NCBI GenBank assembly: GCA_052325545.1
Contig: JBKQUP010000009.1
Span: 13,486-77,485 of the forward strand
Source of the DNA: Thermoplasmata archaeon
GTDB taxonomy: Archaea > Thermoplasmatota > Thermoplasmata > Lutacidiplasmatales > UBA184
DNA: 64,000 bases
Direction: 5' to 3'
The notes below the pieces were generated by a model. That model was not told the origin of the DNA and did no database searches. It saw only the letters and a program-made list of their open reading frames with translations. The position numbers were made by a program, and so were the translations under genes. How positions within the stretch are numbered: the first letter of the stretch is position 1; every line of letters starts with the position of its first letter. Below, piece after piece: positions 1-14,540 of the stretch.

Positions 1-326
1 AGGCCGATCGGCTTGCCGCACTCGACCGAAAGGTCGGTGAGCTTGCGCGCTGCCTGGTTCATCACGACCTCGTCGTGCTGGGTCTCGCCCTCGATGACCG
101 CGCCGAGCGCCACGAGCGCGTCCACGTCGTCCCGGCCGAGGAGCACCTTGGCCGCGAGCGGCATGTCGAACACGCCCGGGGTCTTCATCACCGGTCCGAG
201 CGACGCGCCGAGGAAGGAGACCTCCTCCTTCGCCCGCTCGAGCATCAACAGCGTCACATCGTAGTTGAACTCGCTCACGACGATCGCCACCTTCACTCCG
301 TTCCCTTCCTTCGACCTCTTCGGCAT
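1..326 (-). CDS. ribH: 6,7-dimethyl-8-ribityllumazine synthase (3' end outside window)
   Basis: Not in the ORF track; manual translation [25 protein letters not shown]...[11 protein letters not shown]...[24 protein letters not shown] upstream. Confidence 0.93.
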   Translation of the reverse strand, partial: MPKRSKEGNGVKVAIVVSEFNYDVTLLMLERAKEEVSFLGASLGPVMKTPGVFDMPLAAKVLLGRDDVDALVALGAVIEGETQHDEVVMNQAARKLTDLSVECGKPIG

Positions 327-364
327 GATTGTTTCCTCCTTGTTGGATGGATCGTGAAGCTAAC

Positions 365-1979
<1,615 letters not shown>

Positions 1980-2025
1980 CGCCGGGACGACCCGAACGAC
2001 GGTATTAAAGAGAGCGTAACTACTC

Positions 2026-2031
2026 AAAAAA
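2026..2031 (-). terminator. oligo-T terminator of the 16S transcript
   Basis: TTTTTT on the minus strand just past the 3' arm of the 16S processing stem. Confidence 0.5.
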
Positions 2032-2127
2032 GGGTTGATGGCCCAAGGGTGGGGAGACGGTACGGAAACGCTAGACAGCACATCGGACCCGACCTCTTCA
2101 GCGAGCTCCTCGAAAGGAGGCGCTGTT

Positions 2128-3595
<1,468 letters not shown>

Positions 3596-3903
3596 TTTGA
3601 GCACACGATTCGCGTGTGCGGGAATACTTGTGGTCGGAAACCGATCTTTGCTGACTGGCGGAATTGCTCTTTACGTTAGATGAGCTACTTCGCGTACGTT
3701 TCTCGTACTTGTCTCCCCCGTCAGTCCCGAGAGGTCACTCCCCGTCTCCAGGGAGGGGTTCTCAGGGCTCCACGCCCCCATTGGGCCATCTGTGGCGTCG
3801 CCTTGGAGGAGCACGGATCACGGGGTCCCCGGCTCGCCGTGGCGGCGTCGCCATGCCGCGCTTCCGAAGAAGCGGGCGTAGCGTTCGAACGAAGGGGGTC
3901 CGG

Positions 3904-3910
3904 TATTTAA
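3904..3910 (-). promoter_or_regulatory. probable TATA box of the 16S transcript
   Basis: TTAAATA on the minus strand overlapping the HAD stop codon, followed by a UUCG-capped hairpin. Confidence 0.55.
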
Positions 3911-4659
3911 CGGGCGCCACCGGCCGCTGCTCCTCCCATAGAGGCCTCGCCGTTCTCGAGACGGCGCACCACGAGCGGCACCTCGAGGAGCGACGTGATC
4001 TCGGGGGGGTCCCACCCAAACCCGAACCCCTCGCGGTTGAGCCAGACCCCGTACATCCCGACGGCCGAGGCGGCCTTCGCGTCGGTGTGGGCGAGGTTGC
4101 CGACGTAGACCGTTTGCGCGGCGGGCACGTTCATCCGCGATAGGGTCCGGCGGAAGATCTCGGGGTCTGGCTTCTCGACCCCCTCGGTCCCCGAGGAGAC
4201 GATGCGCGAGAAGTAGTCGAGGATCCCCACCCGGTCGAGGATGCGGCGCACAGCCGCCTCACTGGTCGAGTTCGAGACCACGCCGAGCGCCCGGCGCTGC
4301 GCGCGCAGCGTGTCGAGGCAGCGACGCGTGTCGGAGTAGAGACGGACCGGTCGCTCGGTCTCGAAGACCGCGGCGTTGAACTTGAGGGTCGTGGCCTCGT
4401 CCACCTCTCTTTCGGCGGCGCGCGAGAGTGTCCGACGCCAGAACTCCACCATCGCGGCCTCTCCGTGCACGCCGGGGGGCCGGGCGTCCAGCTCCTCCTC
4501 TACTTCCAGGAACGCGTGGCGGAGCTGGTCCGCGTCGAAATCGAGGAAGAACCGCCGGGCGACCTCGGCCCACCCGTCGAAGTCCTTGTGGTCGATCAGC
4601 GTTCCGCCGAGGTCGAACAGCACCGCCCGGACCCGCACCGGCCCTCCCTCCCCCCGCAC
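3907..4659 (-). CDS. HAD-superfamily hydrolase
   Basis: VLFDLGGTL, VVSN, KPDPEIF, YVGN...D; exact start uncertain. Confidence 0.88.
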   Translation of the reverse strand: MRGEGGPVRVRAVLFDLGGTLIDHKDFDGWAEVARRFFLDFDADQLRHAFLEVEEELDARPPGVHGEAAMVEFWRRTLSRAAEREVDEATTLKFNAAVFETERPVRLYSDTRRCLDTLRAQRRALGVVSNSTSEAAVRRILDRVGILDYFSRIVSSGTEGVEKPDPEIFRRTLSRMNVPAAQTVYVGNLAHTDAKAASAVGMYGVWLNREGFGFGWDPPEITSLLEVPLVVRRLENGEASMGGAAAGGAR

Positions 4660-4720
4660 CCACGAGGACCCGTGTCTTATCCTTCACCCCCGACCGCGGG
4701 GCGGGAGCTCGGCGGGCCGG

Positions 4721-5146
4721 CTACGCGACGCTGACCGACTGGACGTCGGTGTGACGGAGCAATATCGCCCGGGCGACCTTGAGGTTCTTGCCGGCCTTGC
4801 CGATCGCGCGCGCCTTCCACGCGGGGTCGACCGTGACGGTCACGTGGCGGCCCTTTCCCTTCGGGGAGAACTCCGCCTTCTTCGGGGAGTACCAGTAGAA
4901 GATGTTCATCACGAGCGTCTCGGGGTCGTCCGCGAACTCCACGACCTGGATCTCCTTCTTCAGCATCCCCTTCAGCCGGTCGACCAGGACGCCCCCCGGA
5001 CCGACCGCCTTGTGGACCTCGCCGGGGTAGACGAGGTAGACGAGCTTGTCCTCGACCTCGAAGCAGTCCTTGACGCGCGCGCCGGTCCGTTCCTCGAAGA
5101 GGCGGATGTACCCGAGCGTCTCGGTGTCGAACGTGACCTCGGGCAT
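4721..5146 (-). CDS. nusA: archaeal NusA-like KH-domain factor
   Basis: Two KH motifs (AVGPGG, AIGKAGKN); canonical position after L30e. Confidence 0.93.
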   Translation of the reverse strand: MPEVTFDTETLGYIRLFEERTGARVKDCFEVEDKLVYLVYPGEVHKAVGPGGVLVDRLKGMLKKEIQVVEFADDPETLVMNIFYWYSPKKAEFSPKGKGRHVTVTVDPAWKARAIGKAGKNLKVARAILLRHTDVQSVSVA

Positions 5147-5167
5147 CGGAAGGGGGGCCGGCGGGCC

Positions 5168-5455
5168 TTACGTCTCGAGGGAGAGGATCGCGCTGGAGCC
5201 GGGGTCGAGGATCGCCATCGCGCTGATCGGGAACGGCCGCCCACAGGCCTGCCCGAGCTCGACCGCGGTGCCCTCGTAGTGATAGATGGGGACCTTGCCG
5301 AGGGCGCGCTCCTTCGTGAGCTTCGCGTCCGGGCAGGTCTTCGCGACGATGAGAAGCCGGGCTCTCTTCGACTCGGCGGCGGCGAGCGTCTCGGTGAGAC
5401 CGATCTGGACCTTGCCGGTCTCGAGCGCGACCTTGAGGGCGTGCGCGAGGTCCAT
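5168..5455 (-). CDS. rpl30e: 50S ribosomal protein L30e
   Basis: ALETGKVQIG, ELGQACGRPF, ILDPGSS. Confidence 0.96.
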   Translation of the reverse strand: MDLAHALKVALETGKVQIGLTETLAAAESKRARLLIVAKTCPDAKLTKERALGKVPIYHYEGTAVELGQACGRPFPISAMAILDPGSSAILSLET

Positions 5456-5460
5456 CTATC

Positions 5461-6768
5461 TCACGCCTCCCCCTTGGCTTCCTCGACCGGCTTCGCGACG
5501 ACCGGCACGTCCCCGAGCGGTCGGTAGACCAGGTTGACCGCGCCGGTCCCGAGGGTGATCGGCTGTCCGACGATGATGTTCTCGGCCACGCCCTTGAGCT
5601 CGTCGACCTCGCCGGTGATGGCGGCCTTCAAGAGATGGGCCGCGGTGATCTCGAACGCCGCCCGGGCGAGCACGCTCGACTTCTTGCCCGAGATCCCGTG
5701 CCGGCCGATCGCGCGGATGTCGCCTTCGTTCGTCATCACGTCCGCGACGAGCATCAGGTGGCGGATGTCGACCCCGAGACCCTGCTCCGCGAGCGTCCGG
5801 TTCGCCTCGTGGATGAGCGCGGCGCGCGCCGCCTCGACCCCGTAGACGCGGTAGATCTCGAAGACCGAGTTCGTGGTCGTCCGGACCCCGTCCACGCCGG
5901 GGATCTCGATGACCCCCTCGAGGTTCGAGCCCTCGGTGTAGATCACGTACTCGTCCTTCTCCTTGCGGATGAGGGCGCGCTGGATCCCCTCGACGCCCTT
6001 GATCTGGATCCGCTTCGCCTCCTCGCTCGCGATGAGGAGCTTCTTGAACGGCATCTCCTCGACCATCTCCTCGCGGCGGGACTTCGTCGCCCCGACGGTC
6101 GCCTCCTTCAAGTGGACCTCGAACGAACGGGTCTCTCCGCTCCCCGAGCCCGGTTTCACCTCGAACAGACGGGCGTCCAGGTTCGCGACGAGCGCCGCCT
6201 CGAGCTCGGAGCGCTTCACGCCCCGCGCCTCGAGGAGCGCGGCCTGTGGGGAGACGACGACCTTCAGGTCCTCGACGACGGTCCCGATCGACGCGACGTC
6301 GGGGACGGTCGTGACCTCGACCTGGAGGGCGATCTTCTGGACCGCCTCCCGGTCGCCGCGCAGCTTCTTTTCGACATGCACGGTCATCATCGGCGTCGAC
6401 GGGACGCGCCGCGCGTCCACGAGCTCGATCAGGCGCGGGAGCCCGAGCGTGACGTTCATCTCGGCGACCCCGGCGTAGTGGAACGTCCTTAACGTCATCT
6501 GCGTCCCCGGTTCGCCGATCGACTGGGCGGCGATGATCCCGACGGACTCGTGCGCGTCGACGCCCGCCTTCCGGAAGCGGCGCGCGACCTCGCGGACGAC
6601 CTTGGAGGCGTCCGACGGAGCGAGCCGAAGGCTCTGCAACTTCGCGCGGAGGTCCTCGACGAGCGACGGCGGGAGCGGGATCCCCGTCTCGCGACGAGCG
6701 GTCTCCTGGATGCGGGTGGCGAGGTCGCGGACCGGGACCTTCTTCTCGTCGGTCGCCATCGCGCTCAC
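5461..6768 (-). CDS. rpoA2: RNA polymerase subunit A''
   Basis: [39 protein letters not shown]. Confidence 0.98.
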   Translation of the reverse strand: MSAMATDEKKVPVRDLATRIQETARRETGIPLPPSLVEDLRAKLQSLRLAPSDASKVVREVARRFRKAGVDAHESVGIIAAQSIGEPGTQMTLRTFHYAGVAEMNVTLGLPRLIELVDARRVPSTPMMTVHVEKKLRGDREAVQKIALQVEVTTVPDVASIGTVVEDLKVVVSPQAALLEARGVKRSELEAALVANLDARLFEVKPGSGSGETRSFEVHLKEATVGATKSRREEMVEEMPFKKLLIASEEAKRIQIKGVEGIQRALIRKEKDEYVIYTEGSNLEGVIEIPGVDGVRTTTNSVFEIYRVYGVEAARAALIHEANRTLAEQGLGVDIRHLMLVADVMTNEGDIRAIGRHGISGKKSSVLARAAFEITAAHLLKAAITGEVDELKGVAENIIVGQPITLGTGAVNLVYRPLGDVPVVAKPVEEAKGEA

Positions 6769-9563
6769 TCCCCTCCGAACTCGGGGCCCTCTTCGGGCGC
6801 TCCGAACTCCTCGGTCTCCTCTTCCTCGGCCTCTTCCTCGAGCTGGGCCTCGGCCTGGAGGTCCATCTCTTCCTCGGTCACGGGCGGGGCGCCGGCGGCC
6901 CCTTCGGGCCGCCGCTCCTCGCTCGAGCGCACGCGCCGGCCCAGGACCTGGGCGACGACCTCGTCGAGCGAGACCGGTGCGCCTCCGTACGAGCGCGTCG
7001 GGTCGATGCCGTCCTCGCCGTACTTGTACTCGATGATCGTCTCCGCCGTGTTGCGCACGGTCCCGTCCTCGTTGACCTTGAGGTCCTCGAGGGCGTTGAT
7101 GAGCCGCCGCTGCATGTAGCCGGACCGGCTCGTCCGGACCGCGGTGTCGACGAGCGACTCCCGGCCGCCCATCGAGTGGAAGAAGTACTCCGTCGGGGAG
7201 AGCCCGCGCTTGTAGCTCGAGCTCACGAACCCGCGCGCATCGGAGCCGAGGTCGCCCCGCTCGAAATGCGGGAGCGTCCGGTGGACGAACCCGCGCATGA
7301 GCCGCTCCCCGCGCACCGATTGCTGTCCCACGGCACCCGCCATCTGGGTGAGGTTGAGCATCGAGCCCCGGGCGCCCGACTTCGCGAGGATCACCGCGGG
7401 GTTCTCGAGCCCGAGGTACCGGCCCGCGATGTCGCCGGCCGTGTCGCGCGCCTGGCCGAGCTCGCGTCGGACCATCACTTCGAGCGTCTCCTCGAGCGAG
7501 CGGCCCGGCATCTGCTCGAGCTCGCCCTTACGGTACTGGGCGACGAGCTCGTTCACGCGGACGCGCGCGTCCGAGAGCGCGGTGAGGATCTCCTTCAGCG
7601 CCCCTTCGGGGACGTCCTCGTCGTCGATCCCCGTCGAGAGCCCTTTGAGGCCGATCGCCGTGATCGCGAGGCGGCTCATCTCGTCCAGGAACTGGCGCGC
7701 GCGCGGCATGCCGTTGTTGCGCGCGATCGAGTCAAGGACCGCCCCCTTCTCGTAGGCGATCGCCTTCTTGTCGATCACGCCGGCCTTCAGGATCCCGTTC
7801 TCGATCACGACGTTCGCGTCGTGCTTGCAGGCGAGCGGCGAGCAATCGCACCGCGCCCAGATGTTCGCGCGGAACTCGATCGTGAGGTCCTTCGGGAGCG
7901 TGAGCGAGAAGAGCTGCTTTCCGCCCCAGAACGGGAGACCGTCCTTGTCCTTTCCTTCGGGCGGCGGGAGCGGGTAGTGGAGCTTCGAGAGGAGGTACGT
8001 CACCTCGCTCTTCGTGAACTTCGGGTTCTGGTACGTGAGCAGGAACGCCGCGGTGATGTGGTCGTGCAGCATCCCGATGATCGGGCCGCCGTACCGCGGG
8101 GAGAGGATGTGCTCCTCGACCTTCATCAGGACCTTCGCCTCGGCGCGGGCCTCCTGGCTCTGGAGGACGTGCAGGTTCATCTCGTCGCCATCGAAGTCCG
8201 CGTTGTAGGGCGGGCAGTCGCAGAGGTTGAACCGGAACGTCTTGTGGGGTAGGATTCGAACGAAGTGCGCCATCATGCTCATCCGGTGCAGGCTCGGCTG
8301 CCGGTTGAACAGCACGATGTCGCCGTCGATCAGCTGACGCTCGACGATCGAGCCGGGGACGACGAGCTCGGCGCACGCCTCGGCGTTCTTCTCCATCACC
8401 CGGATGCGCTGGCCGTCCTCGCGGACGAGGTAATTGACCCCGCACCGGACGTGCCCCTCGGCGTCGGGGGCCGGCGACGGGCCGCGGCGGACGAGCTCCT
8501 TCGCGACCTCCTGGTTGTGCAGCGTGACCTCGAGCGGGACGGTGAGCCCGCGAGCGACCTCGACCGGGATCCCAACCTCGTTGATCGAGAGCAGCGGGTC
8601 CGGGCTGATGACCGTACGGGCCGAGAAGTTGACGCGCTTTCCCGAGAGGTTCGAACGGAACCGGCCGTCCTTCCCCTTGAGCCGCTGTGCGAGGGTCTTG
8701 AGCGGCCGGCCCGAGCGATGCCGGGCGGGCGGGATGCCACTCGTCTGGTTGTCGAAGTACGTCGTGACGTGGTACTGGAGGAGCTCCCAGAGGTCCTCGA
8801 CCACGAGCTGGGGAGCGCCCATGTCGCGGTTCTCGCGCAGGCGCTGGTTGATCCGCAGCACGTCGACGAGCTTGTGCGTGAGGTCGTCCTCGCTCCGCTC
8901 TCCGCTCTCGAGCGTGATCGACGGGCGGACCTGGACCGGCGGGACCGGGAGGACGGTGAGGACCATCCACTCCGGGCGGCCGAACTTCGGGTTGAGCGCG
9001 AGCGAACGAACGTCCTCGTCGGGGATCCGCTCGAGGCGGGCGCGCACCTCCTTCGGGGTGATCTTGTGGCTGTTCTCGCGGAAGGTCGTGGGTTTGTCGA
9101 GGACGATCTTCTGCTGGAGCTCGTGGCAGTTCGGGCACGCGCGCTCGTCCTTCGCCTCCCGCGTCCGCGGGGCCCGCGGCGTCGGGGCCGCGTCCTCCGC
9201 GTCGGCGGCCGCCTCCGCCCGCTGGGTCGGGGCGTCGGGGAGCATCCGTCCGCACGCCCGGCACGTCGACTGCAAAAGGCGCTTGACCTCCTTCGCGTAC
9301 CCGACGTGGATCACCGGCATGGCGAGCTCGATGATGCCGAAGTGGCCGGGGCATTCGTTGACCCGGCCGCCACAGGTCCGGCACCTTAGGTTCGGCTCGA
9401 TGACCCCGAGGTGGAGGTCCATGAGGCCCATCTCGATGGGGTAGCCGTCGTCGTCGTACGTGTCGGCGGTGATGATCTTCGCCGCGCTCATCCGCCGGAT
9501 CTCGTCCGGCGAGAGGAAGGCGAACTGGAGGCCGCGGATCTTCTTCGAAAGTCCTTGTGCCAT
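6765..9563 (-). CDS. rpoA1: RNA polymerase subunit A'
   Basis: [10 protein letters not shown] active site, [16 protein letters not shown]. Confidence 0.99.
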   Translation of the reverse strand: MAQGLSKKIRGLQFAFLSPDEIRRMSAAKIITADTYDDDGYPIEMGLMDLHLGVIEPNLRCRTCGGRVNECPGHFGIIELAMPVIHVGYAKEVKRLLQSTCRACGRMLPDAPTQRAEAAADAEDAAPTPRAPRTREAKDERACPNCHELQQKIVLDKPTTFRENSHKITPKEVRARLERIPDEDVRSLALNPKFGRPEWMVLTVLPVPPVQVRPSITLESGERSEDDLTHKLVDVLRINQRLRENRDMGAPQLVVEDLWELLQYHVTTYFDNQTSGIPPARHRSGRPLKTLAQRLKGKDGRFRSNLSGKRVNFSARTVISPDPLLSINEVGIPVEVARGLTVPLEVTLHNQEVAKELVRRGPSPAPDAEGHVRCGVNYLVREDGQRIRVMEKNAEACAELVVPGSIVERQLIDGDIVLFNRQPSLHRMSMMAHFVRILPHKTFRFNLCDCPPYNADFDGDEMNLHVLQSQEARAEAKVLMKVEEHILSPRYGGPIIGMLHDHITAAFLLTYQNPKFTKSEVTYLLSKLHYPLPPPEGKDKDGLPFWGGKQLFSLTLPKDLTIEFRANIWARCDCSPLACKHDANVVIENGILKAGVIDKKAIAYEKGAVLDSIARNNGMPRARQFLDEMSRLAITAIGLKGLSTGIDDEDVPEGALKEILTALSDARVRVNELVAQYRKGELEQMPGRSLEETLEVMVRRELGQARDTAGDIAGRYLGLENPAVILAKSGARGSMLNLTQMAGAVGQQSVRGERLMRGFVHRTLPHFERGDLGSDARGFVSSSYKRGLSPTEYFFHSMGGRESLVDTAVRTSRSGYMQRRLINALEDLKVNEDGTVRNTAETIIEYKYGEDGIDPTRSYGGAPVSLDEVVAQVLGRRVRSSEERRPEGAAGAPPVTEEEMDLQAEAQLEEEAEEEETEEFGAPEEGPEFGGE

Positions 9564-9573
9564 CGTCGTCCTC

Positions 9574-12500
9574 CTACCGCATCTCCTCGAGCTGGAGCCG
9601 CATGATCACGCCGAGGCTGATCAGCTCCTCGAGGAGGAGCTTGAACGAGTAGCTCATCTCGACCGGGTAGATCGACGAGGTGTTTCCGCAGCTCGGGCAG
9701 CGCAGCGAGTTCGCGCGCGTGTCGGGGATGGCGATGTGTCCGCACTCCGGGTTCCCGCAGACGTACTGAATCGTGCCGTCCGACTCGTCCAAAAGACGGT
9801 CCTTGATGACCATCGCGACGCCGTGGCCGATGAGACAGTCGCGCTCCATCTCTCCGAACCGGAGACCGCCCTGGCGCGAGCGACCCTCGGTCGGCTGGCG
9901 CGTCAGGATCTGGACCGGGCCGCGCGAGCGCATGTGCATCTTGCCCGCGACCATGTGGTGGAGCTTCTGGTAGTAGATCACGCCGATGAAGATCTCCGCC
10001 TCGTACCGGCGACCCGTGAGCCCGTCGTAGAGCGTCTCCCGGCCCGACGGGTGGAAGCCGAGGGCCTGGAGCCCTTCGCGCAGGGCCTCCTCGCGCGCCC
10101 CCGAGAACGCCGTGCCGTCGATCGTGTGCCCCTCGAGCGCCCCGACCTTCCCGCCCAGCATCTCGAGAACGTGGGCGACGGTCATCCGGGACGGGATGGC
10201 GTGCGGGTTGATCAGCAGGTCCGGCGTGATCCCGTCGCGCGTGAACGGAAGGTCCTCCGGCGGGACGATGAGGCCGATGACCCCCTTCTGTCCGTGACGG
10301 CTCGCGAACTTGTCGCCGAGCTCGGGGACCCGCTGGTTGCGGACCTTGACCTTCACGAGCTTCGAGATGTTCTCGCCCTCGGTCAGGACGACGTTGTCGA
10401 CCCAGCCGGACTCCCCGAAGCGGACCGTGACGCTCGTCTCGCGCCGCTTCTGCGGCGTGAGGAGGTCGGTCTTCTCCTCGAGGAAGCGGGGCGGGCTCGT
10501 CTTTCCGACCAGCACGTCGCCCTCGGTGACCTCGAGCTCGGGGAAGATGAGACCATCCTCGCCGAGGTTCCGGTACGCCGTGTCGACGCGCGCTCCCGCG
10601 ACGTCCGGACGCGGGATCTCGAACCGGTCCTCTTGGCCGCCGGGGTACTTTCGCTCCTCGCCGCGGTACGTTCGGAAGAACGACGAGCGCCCGAGGCCCC
10701 GGTCGATGGCGCCCTTCGAGAACACCAGGGCGTCCTGCATGTTGTAGCCCTCGTAGGAGAGGACCGCCACGACGAAGTTCTGTCCGGCCGGACGCTCGGT
10801 GAAGTGGACGTAGCGCATCGTCTGCGTCCGAAGGAGCGGGGCCTGCGGGTAGTGGAGGAGGTGGCCGCGGGTGTCCGGCCGCCGCCGGTAGTTGACCGAC
10901 TCGACCCCGAGCGCCTGCTTCGCCATCCCCGATCCCATCGTGTTCCTCGGAGCGCTGTTGTGCTCCGGGTAGGGGATGAGCCCCGTGCAGACGCCGAGGA
11001 TCAGGTTCGGGTCAATCTCGAGGTGCGTGTGGCGGTCGGTGAGGAGGTTCGCGGTCGGGAACGTGCCGTGGCAGAAGCCGCACTCCACGGTCGTCTGCTC
11101 GCCCTTGTCGCCCATCGAGGCCCAGCGGATGTCGGAGCGGCTGAGCGCCTTCTGGCACTTCGGACATCGGTCGGGGGAGACGTACGCGTCGACCGCGATC
11201 AGCGCGTCCTCCTCCTCTTCCGCGTCCGCCCACTCGATCTTCCCTTGCCGGACGAGGTCGGTGAACGCGAGGGTGCCGCGGGCGAGCTCGTCGAGGTCGG
11301 AGCGCGAGACGCGGGGGACGCCGTTCTTGACGACCACGAGCGGGCGGCGGAGGCGGCCCCCGTCGCAGTGAACGATCACCTCGTTCATCTCGTCATCGTA
11401 GCGGACGTTGAGCTCGTAGGTCTTGTCGCCGAGGGTCGGCGAGAGCGTCCCCGTGCGCCGACGCTCGCGGATCTCCCGGACGAGCTCGAGCGGCTGGGAG
11501 TGGAGACCGACCAGGTTCCCGTTGACGTAGACGCGCGCCGCGCGCTTCCCGCGGGGAGCGGCGGACTCCTGGAAGACCTCGGGACCGATCTCGCGGGTGT
11601 TGAGGTCCCGGAGGATGAGGGTGACCTCCTCCTCGTCGGCGCCTTCGCTGACGTCGACGCAGAGGGCGTAGTTCTTGACGAGTCCGCAGTTCTGCCCTTC
11701 GGGCGTCTCGTTGGGGCAGAGGCGGCCCCACTGCGTCGGGTGCAGGTCGCGCGCCTCGAAGTGCGGCTGGCTCCTCGTGAGCGGGCTCGTGACGCGACGC
11801 AGGTGGCTGATGGTCGACATGTGGCTCGTCCGGTCGAGCACCTGGCTCACCCCAGCGCGGCCGCCGACCCAGTTCCCCGTCGCGAGGGCATGCACGAGCC
11901 GCTGCGTCAGAAGGTCCGGGCGGATCGCGCTCGCGATCCGAAGGTCCTTCTTGCGGGCGAACGACCGCTCGAGCTGGTACTTGAGGTCCTTCAGGAGGAG
12001 GGAGAACGCGACGCGGAAGAGGTCCTCCATGAGGTCCCCGGCGAGCTTGAGCCGCTTGTTCGCGTAGTGGTCCTTGTCGTCCTCGCCCCGCACCTTGAGG
12101 TGGAGCTCGAGGACCGTCCTCGCCATGCGCGCGAGGTAGAGGGCCTTCTTCAGACGGTCCGGCTTCGTGTCGCCGAGGTGCGGGAGGAGCGAGCGGTCGA
12201 GGATCCCGTCGACCTTGCGCTGACGGTACTCCTTCGCCTGGCCGGTCGCGAACTTCTTTTCGAGGAAGATGAGCGCGTCGTCCGTCGAGAGGACCCCCTC
12301 GGGCGGGTAGAGCTTCTTCGAGACGCACTCCTCGAGGTTGACGTTCAATAGGTGTTTCATCGTCTGGACGAACGGTTCGTCCAGCGGGAGGAGTTCGCCG
12401 AGGACCGCCTGGAAGATCTCCTCGTCGTTCTTCATCCCGAGCGCCTTCATCAGGATCACGAGCGGGATCTGCCCGCTCGCCGTCGGGACCGAGACCTGGA

Positions 12501-13245
12501 GGACCCCGTCCTTCTTCTTCTCCACGACCGTGAGGGAGCGGTACCCGCCGCGCTGGCTGAACACTTTCGCGCTCTCGATGGGGGTGCCGTAGCGCTCGTT
12601 GAACTCGGCGAAGATCCGGTTGGGCGCGAGGTCCTCGAGGCTGATGATGACCCGTTCGGTCCCGCCGATGATGGCGTACCCTCCGGGGTCGAGCGGGTCC
12701 TCGCCGTACTCGACGAGCTTCGCCCGATACTCGTCGTCCGAGAGCCAGATCTGGTCGTCCTCGGAGATCTTGTAGCGGTTCAGGTTGCAGGGGCGGCTCT
12801 TGACCATGATGGGGAGGTCGCCGATGTGCACGTCCTCGGGGGCGCGCTCGACGCCGTTCTCGACGACGGTGACCTTGAGGAAGATGGGGGCCTGGTAGGT
12901 GAGGTTCCGGAGCCTCGCCTCCATGGGGGTGAGGGTCGGCTTCGAGCCGACCGGCTCCTTCACGAACGGAGCGCCGATGAAGATGGTCGGTTCGGCCGAG
13001 GGGTTGACGTTCCCCCGGGCGTCCCGGCGGCGGCCGACGCGCACGTAGATCGAGCTCTTCGTCTTCTGGACGTCCAGTCGGATGACGCCGCGTTCGGTCG
13101 AATCCTCGCTGACGCGCGCGTCGTCGACGATGCGCTGCATCCTCGAGTTCGGGTTGTCCTTGGTCGGCAGGAAGTCGTTGAAGCTCGCCAAGTGGTGGTT
13201 GACGATCGAGCGTTCCCGGAAGAACGCGTCCACAATTTCTCGCAT
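9574..13245 (-). CDS. rpoB: RNA polymerase subunit B (unsplit)
   Basis: [43 protein letters not shown]. Confidence 0.99.
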   Translation of the reverse strand: MREIVDAFFRERSIVNHHLASFNDFLPTKDNPNSRMQRIVDDARVSEDSTERGVIRLDVQKTKSSIYVRVGRRRDARGNVNPSAEPTIFIGAPFVKEPVGSKPTLTPMEARLRNLTYQAPIFLKVTVVENGVERAPEDVHIGDLPIMVKSRPCNLNRYKISEDDQIWLSDDEYRAKLVEYGEDPLDPGGYAIIGGTERVIISLEDLAPNRIFAEFNERYGTPIESAKVFSQRGGYRSLTVVEKKKDGVLQVSVPTASGQIPLVILMKALGMKNDEEIFQAVLGELLPLDEPFVQTMKHLLNVNLEECVSKKLYPPEGVLSTDDALIFLEKKFATGQAKEYRQRKVDGILDRSLLPHLGDTKPDRLKKALYLARMARTVLELHLKVRGEDDKDHYANKRLKLAGDLMEDLFRVAFSLLLKDLKYQLERSFARKKDLRIASAIRPDLLTQRLVHALATGNWVGGRAGVSQVLDRTSHMSTISHLRRVTSPLTRSQPHFEARDLHPTQWGRLCPNETPEGQNCGLVKNYALCVDVSEGADEEEVTLILRDLNTREIGPEVFQESAAPRGKRAARVYVNGNLVGLHSQPLELVREIRERRRTGTLSPTLGDKTYELNVRYDDEMNEVIVHCDGGRLRRPLVVVKNGVPRVSRSDLDELARGTLAFTDLVRQGKIEWADAEEEEDALIAVDAYVSPDRCPKCQKALSRSDIRWASMGDKGEQTTVECGFCHGTFPTANLLTDRHTHLEIDPNLILGVCTGLIPYPEHNSAPRNTMGSGMAKQALGVESVNYRRRPDTRGHLLHYPQAPLLRTQTMRYVHFTERPAGQNFVVAVLSYEGYNMQDALVFSKGAIDRGLGRSSFFRTYRGEERKYPGGQEDRFEIPRPDVAGARVDTAYRNLGEDGLIFPELEVTEGDVLVGKTSPPRFLEEKTDLLTPQKRRETSVTVRFGESGWVDNVVLTEGENISKLVKVKVRNQRVPELGDKFASRHGQKGVIGLIVPPEDLPFTRDGITPDLLINPHAIPSRMTVAHVLEMLGGKVGALEGHTIDGTAFSGAREEALREGLQALGFHPSGRETLYDGLTGRRYEAEIFIGVIYYQKLHHMVAGKMHMRSRGPVQILTRQPTEGRSRQGGLRFGEMERDCLIGHGVAMVIKDRLLDESDGTIQYVCGNPECGHIAIPDTRANSLRCPSCGNTSSIYPVEMSYSFKLLLEELISLGVIMRLQLEEMR

Positions 13246-13254
13246 GGATTGGTA

Positions 13255-13593
13255 CTAGTCCCCTCCGACCGACGGGACGATGAGGCGGTAGGCGATGGCC
13301 ATGCCGGCGGTGGCGCTCGGTCGGCGGACCCGAACGAGCCGGCCCACGAGCGTCTCCCCGCGTTCGCGCAGGCTCTCGAACTTGGGGTCGGTCTTGAGGC
13401 CGGGGTCCGAGACCAGGATCTTCGGAAGGCGCTCGGGCGACGCGCCGAGCTGTTCGAGGACCTTCCGCGACTCCTCCTCGCTCAGGATCTCGTGGGGCGG
13501 AGCGAGGTGATGAGCGACGAACGGTCGGGGCGGGACGGCCACCTTGGCCGCGGCCGGGCGGGCGCGCGATCGACGGGTCGTGCTGGGGGTCAT
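13255..13593 (-). CDS. rpoH: RNA polymerase subunit H
   Basis: HHLAPPHEILSEEE, LPKILVSDP, RRPSATAG..IAYR; the upstream ORF extension crosses a tRNA, so ATG 13593 is chosen. Confidence 0.93.
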   Translation of the reverse strand: MTPSTTRRSRARPAAAKVAVPPRPFVAHHLAPPHEILSEEESRKVLEQLGASPERLPKILVSDPGLKTDPKFESLRERGETLVGRLVRVRRPSATAGMAIAYRLIVPSVGGD

Positions 13594-13614
13594 GCGGTCC
13601 TCCGAGGAACGGGA

Positions 13615-13757
13615 CGGGCCCGGGGGGACGTCCGGAGCGACCTCGCGGTTGGCGCGAGGAGGCTCGTTCGAACCCCCGACCACCTGGTTAAAAGCCAGAT
13701 GCTCTTTGTAGGGCCACCCGGCGAGCCGGACGGCCAACCTAACTGAGCTACGGGCCC
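13615..13757 (-). tRNA. tRNA-Lys(UUU) with two non-canonical introns (D-loop ~13706/13707-13735; T-loop 59/60, 13629-13666)
   Basis: Acceptor GGGCCCG/CGGGCCC, D-stem GCTC/GAGC, anticodon arm TCTGG-CTTTTAA-CCAGG, T-arm GGGGG-TTCGAA^T-CCCCC; removing both inserts leaves 75-76 nt. Confidence 0.92.
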
Positions 13758-13816
13758 GTTTCCGCTCCGAGGAGCCGAGACCCGGGAGCCGTATTTGACA
13801 GTATGCCTGACGGGAT

Positions 13817-14140
13817 TCACTGAAGGCTCTCCAAGCTCGAGATGATCGACCAGATAGCCGTGCGTCCGTGGGTCGGGAGGTTAGGGTCGTTCGCGAGGTC
13901 ATCGAGAACGTAGACCGCGCTCGCGATCCGCATGTCGAGAGCGGCCCGCGGCTTCGAGAGCTCGTCCTTGGCGGACTGGGCGCCCCGGCGGATGTTCCTC
14001 GGGACCAGTGCATCGTCGGCCAGGTCGGTGAGCGCGGCGACGATCCGTTCGAGACCGGGGAGTTCCGGTTCGGTCCTCGGCGCGACCGGTGGGGCGGCAC
14101 CGACCACAGGGGTCGAGGGGGCGGTGGTGGGGGTCGTCAT
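13817..14140 (-). CDS. UPF0147 family protein
   Basis: DALVPRNIRRGA, LDDLANDPNLPTHGRTAIWSIISSLE. Confidence 0.9.
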   Translation of the reverse strand: MTTPTTAPSTPVVGAAPPVAPRTEPELPGLERIVAALTDLADDALVPRNIRRGAQSAKDELSKPRAALDMRIASAVYVLDDLANDPNLPTHGRTAIWSIISSLESLQ

Positions 14141-14478
14141 GGTCCGGACGTCACGCCTCCCTCCTTGTAGGCGGTGACCACGAGCAGCGTCTTCGTCTCG
14201 CGGATCCCGCGGACGGCCGGCAGTCGGTGCAGGACGAACTCCTTCAGCTCCTCGTAGTGCGGGAAGCGGGCCTTGAGGAAGATGTCGGTGTCTCCCGTGA
14301 CGAGGAAGTCGTCCTGGACCTCGGCGAACTTCGCGACCTCGCTCGCGACGTTGTCCGCCTCGGCGGTCTCGACCTTGAGGGCGATGAGGGCGACCACGTG
14401 CTCGTTCCCCCAGACCTTCGAGAACGTGCTCTCCACGGCTCCACTGACCGGCGACTTGGTCGCGGCGGGTTTCTCCAT
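14137..14478 (-). CDS. Lrp/AsnC ligand-binding domain protein without HTH
   Basis: LVTGDTDIFLK, GIRETKT; no N-terminal HTH. Confidence 0.85.
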   Translation of the reverse strand: MEKPAATKSPVSGAVESTFSKVWGNEHVVALIALKVETAEADNVASEVAKFAEVQDDFLVTGDTDIFLKARFPHYEELKEFVLHRLPAVRGIRETKTLLVVTAYKEGGVTSGP

Positions 14479-14540
14479 GGTGAACCTCCGAAAAGCGTCG
14501 TCTCCTTAGTGAAAAGCGAATGCCCCGCTCTCGAACCGCG

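Noticed and set aside
9460..12351. Long antisense and alternate-frame ORFs (963 aa here, also 26482-28737 and 22782-24986)
   Set aside because: Shadows of real genes in a very GC-rich genome; R/G/P-rich with no motifs.
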